A DNA stretch of 64,000 nt, from assembly GCA_018666155.1 (NCBI GenBank), contig JABJAH010000036.1:991-64990 (forward strand). The letters are read 5' to 3'. This DNA is from Rhodospirillaceae bacterium. Lineage in GTDB: Bacteria; Pseudomonadota; Alphaproteobacteria; Rhodospirillales; Rhodospirillaceae. The notes under the pieces are model-generated. The model was not told the origin of the DNA, ran no database searches, and saw only the letters and a list, made by a program, of their open reading frames with translations. The position numbers and the translations under genes are program-made. Shown here one piece after another: positions 56,853 to 64,000 of this stretch; position 1 is the first letter of the stretch, and each line of letters begins with the position of its first letter.

Positions 56853-58912
56853 CGGGGATCACCTTCTCAGCGCTCGTGCCAATTCCCATGTTGCTTGGCG
56901 TGCTGGCGATCGGTGTTTTGCTGGCAGGCTATGCTTTAGTCCGCCGTTCGCGCGCTGCGGGACTCCGCATTGCCGCGCTGGTCATTCTTGCCGCGGCCGT
57001 GCTCGACCCGCGCGCTGCTATCGAAAACCGCACGCCCCTTAATGATGTCGCTGTCGTGGTGGTCGACGAAAGCCTATCACAACAGCTCGATGGCCGACCG
57101 GCACGAACAGCTGACGCTGTGACTGACCTAAACGCTGCCCTCGAAAAGCTGAAAGCGACAGAGGTTCGGACAGTGCGGTTAACCCCAGAGACAACGGGCG
57201 GACGCAGCGATGGCACCCGATTGTTTGAAGCCGTAGCGAAAGCAACGTCGGATATTCCGAGCAGCCGCCTTGCCGGCGTGGTGCTGGTCACCGACGGCAT
57301 TATCCACGACACACCGAGCATACCGGAGCAATCGGGCATCGACGCACCGGTCCACGTGCTTTTGACCGGCCGCCAAGACGAGCAGGACAGGCGGATCGTT
57401 GTTGTTGAAGCGCCGGAGTTCGGCCTTGTTGAAAAGACAGTCGCCCTACGGCTGCGCGCCGAAGACACAAGCCTGCCGTCGGGAACACCGGTGTCAGCCA
57501 CTTTGCGCACCGACGGCGGCGCAGTACAGCAATTCACCATGCGGGTCGACGAAACGCTCGAAGTCGTTGCGTCACTCGATCATCCCGGCACCAATGTCTT
57601 CGAACTGGAGGTCGCGCCGGCCGACGGTGAAATCTCACCCCGCAACAATCACACACTTGTTTCCGTCAACGCGATTCGGGATCGGTTGCGCGTTCTGTTG
57701 ATCTCGGGCCAGCCTCATGTTGGCGAACGTACTTGGCGCAACCTGCTGAAGTCCGACCCGAACGTGGATCTGGTGCATTTCACCATTCTCCGTCCGCTCT
57801 CTAAAGACGATGGCACCCCGTTAAACGAATTGGCGTTGATCTCATTTCCCATCCGGGAATTGTTTGAAGAGCAACTTTATGATTTCGACTTGGTTATTTT
57901 CGACCGCTACAGCCGCCGCGGATTGGTGCCCTTCCAGTTTATGATGAACATCGCCAGCTACGTGCTTGATGGCGGTGCGGTCATGCTGTCGGTCGGACCA
58001 GAATATGCGGACTCTTTTTCTTTATTCGATAGCCCTCTGCAAAATGTACTGCCTGCCGCCCCGACTGGACTGGTGTATGACCAACCGTTCTTGCCGCGTA
58101 TTAGCGAAACTGGCGCGCGCCATCCCGTGACAGCATCGTTATCCCCACCCGGACAAGCAGACCCAAGCTGGGGCCGGTGGTTGCGGCAGGTCGAAGTGTT
58201 GAGTTCCTCCGGGCAAGAACTGATGAGTGGGGCCGATGAGCGGCCATTGCTGATGCTTGATCGTGTCGGTAAAGGCCGGGTTTCCCTGCTGCTCAGTGAC
58301 ACCATGTGGTTATGGAGCAAAGGCTTTGACGGCGGTGGTCCGCAAGCAGAGATGCTGCGTCGCCTCGCCCACTGGTTGATGAAGGAACCTGAGCTAGAGG
58401 AAGAGGCGCTGACCGCAACAGTCGAAGACGGCTCGATCACCGTCGTCCGCACCAGCCTGGACGATAAGGTACGCGCCGTGACGGTGACCGCGCCCGACGG
58501 ATCTGACCAAATCGCGAAGCCTGAGTATACCGATGGCGGACGTTTTGTGGCCCAAGTCCCAGCGGGCGATGAGGGGCTCTATCGTATCAATGACGGCGTC
58601 CTGTCCACCGTGGTTGCCGTCGGTGCAGCCAACCCCCTTGAAAATCAAGATGTCATATCAACGGATGCGCGCCTCAAACCCGTTGTCGAGGCGACCGGGG
58701 GCGGCTTGTTCTGGGTCGCCGATGGCGGCGTCCCGACCGTACGCCGGGTTGCACCAGGGCGTATCGCCCATGGCCAATCCTGGATCGGGCTCAAGGCCAA
58801 CGATCAATATGTCGTCGATGGGGTCCGGGAAATCGCCCTCATACCGGCGTGGCTGGCATTGCTGATTTTGTTGTCTCTGCCGCTTTTGACCTGGTGGCGC
58901 GAAGGCCGATAA
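56849..58912 (+). CDS. Large membrane-anchored protein with a VWA-like MIDAS motif (hypothetical)
   Basis: Starts MTGITFSALVPIPMLLGVL, with an ATGA overlap. VAVVVVDESLSQ gives a DxSxS motif. There is a C-terminal TM (AWLALLILLSLPLLTWW). Confidence 0.6.
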   Translation: MTGITFSALVPIPMLLGVLAIGVLLAGYALVRRSRAAGLRIAALVILAAAVLDPRAAIENRTPLNDVAVVVVDESLSQQLDGRPARTADAVTDLNAALEKLKATEVRTVRLTPETTGGRSDGTRLFEAVAKATSDIPSSRLAGVVLVTDGIIHDTPSIPEQSGIDAPVHVLLTGRQDEQDRRIVVVEAPEFGLVEKTVALRLRAEDTSLPSGTPVSATLRTDGGAVQQFTMRVDETLEVVASLDHPGTNVFELEVAPADGEISPRNNHTLVSVNAIRDRLRVLLISGQPHVGERTWRNLLKSDPNVDLVHFTILRPLSKDDGTPLNELALISFPIRELFEEQLYDFDLVIFDRYSRRGLVPFQFMMNIASYVLDGGAVMLSVGPEYADSFSLFDSPLQNVLPAAPTGLVYDQPFLPRISETGARHPVTASLSPPGQADPSWGRWLRQVEVLSSSGQELMSGADERPLLMLDRVGKGRVSLLLSDTMWLWSKGFDGGGPQAEMLRRLAHWLMKEPELEEEALTATVEDGSITVVRTSLDDKVRAVTVTAPDGSDQIAKPEYTDGGRFVAQVPAGDEGLYRINDGVLSTVVAVGAANPLENQDVISTDARLKPVVEATGGGLFWVADGGVPTVRRVAPGRIAHGQSWIGLKANDQYVVDGVREIALIPAWLALLILLSLPLLTWWREGR

Positions 58913-58929
58913 GCGCTACACTGGCGCTC

Positions 58930-59922
58930 ATGAAAACAAAAAAACTTGGTAACTCAGGCCTCACGGTATCCGCTGTCGGGCTTGGCTGTATGGGGATGTC
59001 GGTGTTTTACGGTGCCGGCAATGATGACGCGGCGTCGATCAAAACCATTCACCGCGCGATCGACCTGGGTGTCACCTTCTTCGATACGGCGGAGCTTTAC
59101 GGCAACGGCCACAACGAAGAGCTTCTCGGCAAGGCGGTCAAAGACCGGCGCGACGATGTTGTTGTCGCGACCAAGTTTGGGCTGCGCTTGATCGACGGCG
59201 GCGGCGTTACCCCCGCCAACGGCAAACCGGACTACGTAAAATCAGCGTGCGACGAAAGTCTCAAGCGTCTCGGTGTTGACGTGATCGATCTGTATTACGC
59301 CCACCGCATTGATCCGACGGTTCCCGTCGAAGAGATGGTCGGCGCAATGGCGGAACTGGTTCAAGCTGGCAAGGTCAGGCATCTCGGTCTGAGCGAAGCG
59401 GGCGCGGGTAGCATCCGCAAGGCCCACGCCGTTCATCCGATTGCTGCCGTGCAGACCGAGTACTCCTTGTGGAGCCGCGATGTCGAAGCCGATGTCATAC
59501 CGACGTGTCAGGACTTAGGTATTGGGTTTGTCCCCTACTCGCCCTTGAGCCGTGGCTTCCTCACAGGCGTATTTGAAAAGGCCGAAGACGTGAAGGTCGC
59601 AGGCGACACCCGTTCGTTCATGCCGCGCTTCACGCCAGAACATTTCGATGCCAACAAGGCTTTAGTCGACAAGCTGGGTGAGATCGCTGCGAACAAAGGC
59701 TGCACGGTCGCCCAGTTGGCGATTGCCTGGGTGTTGGCTCAAGGCGAAACAATTGTACCGATTCCGGGCACGCGCAAAATTGAGCGCCTTGAAGAAAATG
59801 TGGGCGCGGCAGATATCACATTATCGAGCGACGACCTCGCGGCGATTGAAGGCGCCAGCCCCGCCGATGCGGTATCTGGTCTGCGCTATCCTGAAGCGGC
59901 GATGGGCGGCATCAATATTTAG
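58930..59922 (+). CDS. Aldo/keto reductase
   Basis: Starts MKTKKLGNSGLTVSAVGLGCMGMS. Contains FFDTAELYGNGHNEE and LYYAHRIDP, typical AKR motifs. Confidence 0.9.
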   Translation: MKTKKLGNSGLTVSAVGLGCMGMSVFYGAGNDDAASIKTIHRAIDLGVTFFDTAELYGNGHNEELLGKAVKDRRDDVVVATKFGLRLIDGGGVTPANGKPDYVKSACDESLKRLGVDVIDLYYAHRIDPTVPVEEMVGAMAELVQAGKVRHLGLSEAGAGSIRKAHAVHPIAAVQTEYSLWSRDVEADVIPTCQDLGIGFVPYSPLSRGFLTGVFEKAEDVKVAGDTRSFMPRFTPEHFDANKALVDKLGEIAANKGCTVAQLAIAWVLAQGETIVPIPGTRKIERLEENVGAADITLSSDDLAAIEGASPADAVSGLRYPEAAMGGINI

Positions 59923-59931
59923 GACGGGGTT

Positions 59932-61479
59932 ATGGCTGACGCCACTACCGACACCGTAACGACTGAGACAAAAAGCACATCGCGATTCTATTCTGTGGTG
60001 CGTGTAATCCACAGGTGGGCTGGCCTGGGCGCGCTGGCTTGGTTGTCCGTGCTTGGCATAACCGGCTGGGTTTTGGATCATCACGATTGGCGGTGGTCGC
60101 ATCAATGGTCGGTGCCCGACTGGGTCACCTCGGCCCGCATTGACCGGTTGGTGCCGGGGACTGTGATGCGCCACATCCAAATCGACCCGAGCAATGATCA
60201 ACGCTGGATCGGCGCCTCGGAGCGCGGCCTGTGGCTGACCGAGGATGGCGGCGCGACCTGGTCTGATATTCCCTTCAAGGGCGAACGTGGACACCCACAG
60301 GTGTTTCGCTTTGTCACACCTGCAAACGACAGCCGCCTGTTCTTAGCGACCGATGACGGCGTGTGGACACTGGCCAGAGACGACACAGCGGCCCAACCTT
60401 TTGCTCTCGACAACGAATTGATATCAAGCTTGAGCGAAGGCAGCACCGCAACGGAGCTGGTCGGCTCCGTGCATCACGGCCGCCTGTTCAGCTTCAACAT
60501 CACCCGACCGGACGACATCACTTGGATTGATGTCAACGATGTCTCGGTCACGGGTTTGCCGGACACTGTGGCGCTGAATCGCTTCGTGCTCGATCTGCAT
60601 GTTGGTAAGGGCGCCTTGCCGCAACCGTGGTCAACGTTGGTCAACGACTACGGCGGCATAGCCATGGGGATTCTGGGCATCACAGGGTTTCTATTTTGGT
60701 ATCTACCGCGCCGGTGGCGAAACAAAAAGCCGGGTGGACAACTCAAAAAACGTCAGAAAATTCTGCGCTGGCTTTTCCGCAGCCACGGCCCAGTCATCGG
60801 CATCGTCGCCATCGTGCCGATCCTTTACCTGAGCATCACCGGCGTCATGGTCGATCACATCTTTACGCTGATCGATATCGGCAAGACGGTGCGACTGGAG
60901 CGTGAAAGCCTACCGCCGATTTATCAATTCCAATCGCTGGAGGGAGAAGTCAGATACGTCGTGGCGTATCCCGACGACTCCGACAAACTTTCGATCTCGA
61001 CACGCTTTGGAGTGCTCACCACAGAGGATAGCGGACGCAACTGGATTGCGGATCAAAGCTTACCGTCAACGGGCGGGACAGATGCGGGCTTGGTCAACTT
61101 GCTGCGTGAAGGCGAGTATCTGTTCGTCGGCATCGGCACGCGGGGCAATGCCTATCGCAAAATTGGCGACACGGAGTGGACGTTCATGGAAATGCCAGCG
61201 GATCATTTGGCCATGACCGACGCCAGCCGCAGTGGCGACACCTGGTATCTAAAAAACTCACGGATGATTTCCAAGGGCTCATTAGAGACCGGCTTCGAAC
61301 CCTCGGGCGTCGCTTACCCGCCACTTCAAGGCACGACCTTCTTTCTCTTCCTCGCCGACATTCATACCGGCAACATCATCCATGGCGAGTTCGTCTGGGT
61401 GAATGATCTGGTCGCGATCATGGCGATCATTCTTGCCCTCACAGGGCCGATTGCCTGGTGGAAACGCAAGTGGATGTGA
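59932..61479 (+). CDS. PepSY-associated-TM-type membrane protein with Asp-box-like periplasmic segments
   Basis: 515 aa. The N-terminal IHRWAGLGALAWLSVLGITGWVL and C-terminal ADIHTGNII…WWKRKW resemble PepSY_TM helices. The loops contain TEDGGATW and TEDSGRNW (an SxDxGxTW-like Asp-box). Confidence 0.55.
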   Translation: MADATTDTVTTETKSTSRFYSVVRVIHRWAGLGALAWLSVLGITGWVLDHHDWRWSHQWSVPDWVTSARIDRLVPGTVMRHIQIDPSNDQRWIGASERGLWLTEDGGATWSDIPFKGERGHPQVFRFVTPANDSRLFLATDDGVWTLARDDTAAQPFALDNELISSLSEGSTATELVGSVHHGRLFSFNITRPDDITWIDVNDVSVTGLPDTVALNRFVLDLHVGKGALPQPWSTLVNDYGGIAMGILGITGFLFWYLPRRWRNKKPGGQLKKRQKILRWLFRSHGPVIGIVAIVPILYLSITGVMVDHIFTLIDIGKTVRLERESLPPIYQFQSLEGEVRYVVAYPDDSDKLSISTRFGVLTTEDSGRNWIADQSLPSTGGTDAGLVNLLREGEYLFVGIGTRGNAYRKIGDTEWTFMEMPADHLAMTDASRSGDTWYLKNSRMISKGSLETGFEPSGVAYPPLQGTTFFLFLADIHTGNIIHGEFVWVNDLVAIMAIILALTGPIAWWKRKWM

Positions 61480-61631
61480 GCGACCTAAAAACCTAAAGCT
61501 CAATTTTGAGAGGAACGAGCCCATGCACCAGGGCATTTTCTAAAAACTTGTGATTTGAATCAGAGCCGTAGCACCTGATTCAAACGAGTGTGGTTTAACA
61601 AACAACGGTACGGCGTTGCTGCCTCTGTAAA

Positions 61632-62024
61632 TTATGCGCCTCCTGCGAGGCCCTCCAGAATTGGGCAGTCAGGACGGCCATCACCGTGACAGTTGTTGAC
61701 CAGGTGATGCAGGGTGGACCGCAGTTCCTGCAATTCGCGAATTTTTTCGTCGATCTCGGTCAGGTGTTTTTGGGCAATCGCTTTAACATCGCTGGACTGT
61801 CGATCCTTGTCTTCATAGAGAGACAACAGCTGGGAACATTCGTCGACAGAAAACCCCAGGCCCCGGCTGTGGCGGACGAAGCTTAGTTTGTGCACATCGG
61901 TTTCTGAATAATCCCGGTAGCCGTTCTCGGCCCGGGCGGGCGGAGCGATCAGGCCGGTGTCTTCGTAATAGCGGATGGTCTTGGCCGGCAATCCGGACCG
62001 AGTGGAGGCTTCTCCGATGTTCAT
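61632..62024 (-). CDS. cueR: Cu(I)-responsive MerR-family regulator
   Basis: 130 aa. MerR HTH (MNIGEASTRSGLPAKTIRYYE) and the C-terminal CueR metal loop CHGDGRPDC (C-x7-C). Confidence 0.85.
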   Translation of the reverse strand: MNIGEASTRSGLPAKTIRYYEDTGLIAPPARAENGYRDYSETDVHKLSFVRHSRGLGFSVDECSQLLSLYEDKDRQSSDVKAIAQKHLTEIDEKIRELQELRSTLHHLVNNCHGDGRPDCPILEGLAGGA

Positions 62025-62054
62025 AGCGGTTCTCCTTGGATGACCCTTCTCAAT

Positions 62055-62085
62055 CTATATAGGCTTCCAGTTGCTGGAAGGGCAA
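62055..62085 (-). promoter_or_regulatory. MerR-type promoter with CueR-box dyad, oriented toward cueR
   Basis: The minus strand reads TTGCCC-TTCCAGCAACTGGAAGCC-TATATA. The perfect dyad CTTCCAG-N3-CTGGAAG (62064..62080) fills an 18/19-bp spacer. This compares with E. coli PcopA, TTGACC-TTCCCCTTGCTGGAAGG. Confidence 0.6.
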
Positions 62086-62105
62086 GGGGTGCGCGACACT
62101 GACCC

Positions 62106-63209
62106 ATGACCACTGCAACCTCCTCCGCTGAACCACCGCTGATCGTTGGCGCCGGGCCGACCGGCCTGGCAGCGGCTTTATTCTTGCGCGAACGGGGCAT
62201 ACCGGCTCGGATTATTGATTCAGCCAGCGAACCCACTACTCACTCCAAAGCCCTCGGGGTTAATCCACGCACTCTCGACCTTCTCGAGTCCACTGGCGTC
62301 ACCGACCGGATGCTCGAGACTGGCCGGATGGCGCGCGGCATGAATCTGTGGCGGCCCGACCGAAAACTGGCAACAATCAATCTCGGTGGCACGGGTCATC
62401 GCTTCCCTTTCATGTTGGTGTTGTCACAAGCCGAGTCAGAACGCCTCCTCACTGAGGCGCTGACCGAGCGCGGCATCACCGTCGAACGCGGCGTCGGTCT
62501 CACCGATATCGCGACCGCAAACGGTGGAATAACGGCGACACTTTCAACCGGTGAAACGCTCACGCCATCCGTTGTGCTCGGGGCTGATGGTGCGCACAGC
62601 ACAGTCCGCAAATCGCTGGGGCGCGACTTTCCTGGCTCAGCCTATCCCGAGCCCTGGCACCTGTATGACGCCCGCCTGCAAACCACCCTTGATGACGAGT
62701 TCATCAACGCCTTCCTACTAGATGATGGCGTTCTTTTGTTTATCCGAATCAAAGAGAACTTGTGGCGCATTGTCAGCAATGTCACCGACCCTCTCGGCCA
62801 GCTACCCGCAGGCACAACCGTCGAGGCAGTCGAGTGGGACTCTGAGTTCGGCTTCGCCCATCGCATCGCCAAACCTTTGTATGCGGACAACATCTGTCTC
62901 GCCGGCGATGCGGCCCACATCCATTCTGCCTTTGGTGCCCGCGGCATGAACCTGGGCATCGAAGACGCCTACGTGTTTGCCGCCCTGGTGGCTGAGAACC
63001 GCCTGAGTGAATACGAAGCCCATCGTCGCCCAGTGATTGAGTCGGTGGTTAAACGGGTGGCGCGCGCCACCGAGATCCCGCGAGGCAAATCCTTGAGCGC
63101 CAAACTCGTGCGGCGCTTTCCGTCGGTTGTCTCCTGGTTAGCGCCCAAAGCGGAAAGCGCTGTACGCACCTGGGTGCTGGGCTTAGATCATGACTTGGAC
63201 ATTGAGTGA
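62106..63209 (+). CDS. FAD-dependent monooxygenase (UbiH/aromatic hydroxylase family)
   Basis: 367 aa. Contains the GxGxxG motif IVGAGPTGLAAALFL, the DG motif GADGAHSTVR, and GDAAHIHSAFGARGMNLG. Confidence 0.85.
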   Translation: MTTATSSAEPPLIVGAGPTGLAAALFLRERGIPARIIDSASEPTTHSKALGVNPRTLDLLESTGVTDRMLETGRMARGMNLWRPDRKLATINLGGTGHRFPFMLVLSQAESERLLTEALTERGITVERGVGLTDIATANGGITATLSTGETLTPSVVLGADGAHSTVRKSLGRDFPGSAYPEPWHLYDARLQTTLDDEFINAFLLDDGVLLFIRIKENLWRIVSNVTDPLGQLPAGTTVEAVEWDSEFGFAHRIAKPLYADNICLAGDAAHIHSAFGARGMNLGIEDAYVFAALVAENRLSEYEAHRRPVIESVVKRVARATEIPRGKSLSAKLVRRFPSVVSWLAPKAESAVRTWVLGLDHDLDIE

Positions 63210-63219
63210 GGGGACCGAG

Positions 63220-64000
63220 ATGAGAGCTTTTGTAGCTGGACTGTTTTGTGTGTGTATTGGGGTCGGAGCCGCGCTTCCGCCACTGGCACACGCTCAGTCC
63301 TCATTGCCTCAACACACCATGGACTGGCAGGCCTTGGCCCAACGGATTGTTGACCAGTTACAGCTTGAGCCCGGCGAGAAAGTTCTCTCCGTCGCACAGC
63401 CGGGTATGTTTGAAGAGTTCGTGCCCTACTTTCGCTACGCCGTGATGCAAGCGGGCGCGACCGACATGGGTGTGATTGATGTGCTTGATCCACCCTATCC
63501 CATCGACTGGGATGAAGGTGTTATTCGCGATGGCTTTGCCAAATCCCGCGATGCGTATGTGAAGATGTTGGAAGACATTGATGCCGCAGTGATGATGCCC
63601 GGTGCCAACCCGACGCTACCTGCCTACAAAGCGCTGCAAATTCTTTTGCAGGAGAAGGCCGGGCCACGCCGCACCATTCATTTCCATTGGACCGACCCTT
63701 ATAGCCCCTCCGGCAACGTCACCGGATTGACCGGCGTGAACGTTCTCGCTGGATTTCCACCACCGCCGATGCAGGTGATCGACGCAGTATATCAAAACGC
63801 GGTGTTGAACACAGACCTTGCCGTGCTGGATGAGCACCAAGACCGCTTCATTGCCGCGATGAGAGATGCTGATGTGCACGTGACTTCACCTGCAGGCACC
63901 GACATTCGGTTTCGTGCTGAAGGACGGGACATCATTCAACAAAACGGTGATGCCTCAGCCAAGCGGATGCGCAAGGGTGCGCCTTTTCTTGATCGCGAGG
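63220..64000 (+). CDS. Hypothetical secreted protein, 3'-partial (possibly M29-aminopeptidase-like)
   Basis: I hand-translated this from ATG 63220. The frame stays open to the window end, which is why it is absent from the ORF track. It has a signal peptide, MRAFVAGLFCVCIGVGAALPPLAHA. The segment VHVTSPAGTDIRFRAEG loosely recalls the M29 family. Confidence 0.5.
   Translation, partial: MRAFVAGLFCVCIGVGAALPPLAHAQSSLPQHTMDWQALAQRIVDQLQLEPGEKVLSVAQPGMFEEFVPYFRYAVMQAGATDMGVIDVLDPPYPIDWDEGVIRDGFAKSRDAYVKMLEDIDAAVMMPGANPTLPAYKALQILLQEKAGPRRTIHFHWTDPYSPSGNVTGLTGVNVLAGFPPPPMQVIDAVYQNAVLNTDLAVLDEHQDRFIAAMRDADVHVTSPAGTDIRFRAEGRDIIQQNGDASAKRMRKGAPFLDRE

Noticed and set aside
56929-57540. Long antisense ORFs inside real genes, e.g. 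56929..57540 (203 aa), 46356..47030 (224 aa), 45862..46416, 42280..42717, 24769..25272, 22346..22801 and 18565..19035
   Set aside because: Each lies fully within a strongly supported gene on the opposite strand. Their Arg/Ser/Pro-rich compositions are typical of out-of-frame GC-rich sequence.
61554-61584. 10-bp inverted repeat TTTGAATCAG-N11-CTGATTCAAA between the convergent PepSY-TM and cueR genes, as a bidirectional terminator
   Set aside because: The stem is AT-rich with an 11-nt loop and has no flanking T/A tracts. It is noted as a hairpin only, and the evidence is insufficient for a feature call.
1-64000. CRISPR arrays, tRNA/rRNA genes, transposases, integrases, prophage genes or known defence-system genes
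   Set aside because: I scanned the intergenic regions and the ORF translations. I saw no regularly spaced repeats, no cloverleaf-compatible segments, and no DDE, tyrosine-recombinase, reverse-transcriptase or nuclease-ATPase defence signatures.

Overview
This is a 64-kb chromosomal segment, most consistent with a free-living alphaproteobacterium. That call rests on gene-order blocks: uvrC-pgsA-moaD-moaE, lgt/NDUFAF7-like/pgeF, prs, ctc-pth-ychF, petABC, and DUF1285-nudL-cca lying divergent to moxR-DUF58-DUF4159. I call about 58 protein-coding genes. They are tightly packed, with many 4-nt start/stop overlaps and two convergent stop-codon overlaps. I found no rRNA, tRNA, CRISPR array, transposase, integrase or phage gene. 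Most of the window is housekeeping: accA, gap-pgk, uvrC, Moco synthesis, ilvE, proC, lgt, prs, rplY/ctc, pth, ychF, cytochrome bc1, trmL and cca. The accessory-looking parts are as follows. (i) 5999-16407 holds a Dpp-type ABC importer with no binding-protein gene, a TonB-dependent receptor, and a Tat-signal DUF1501 protein flanked by a full-length DUF1800 and a drastically shortened DUF1800 paralogue. This is my best candidate for an uncharacterised system. (ii) A fused 1200-aa oxoprolinase/hydantoinase sits next to an agmatine-deiminase-fold protein that appears to lack the catalytic Cys. (iii) A single AT-richer GSCFA-family gene is wedged between ychF and petABC. (iv) A MoxR-DUF58-BatA-N/DUF4159-membrane protein operon is present. 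(v) A stand-alone cueR has a textbook CueR box in its own promoter. Two TPR-glycosyltransferase fusions and a candidate structured RNA downstream of trmL are also noted. All functional calls come from reading the translated ORFs and recalling family motifs. No database search was run.
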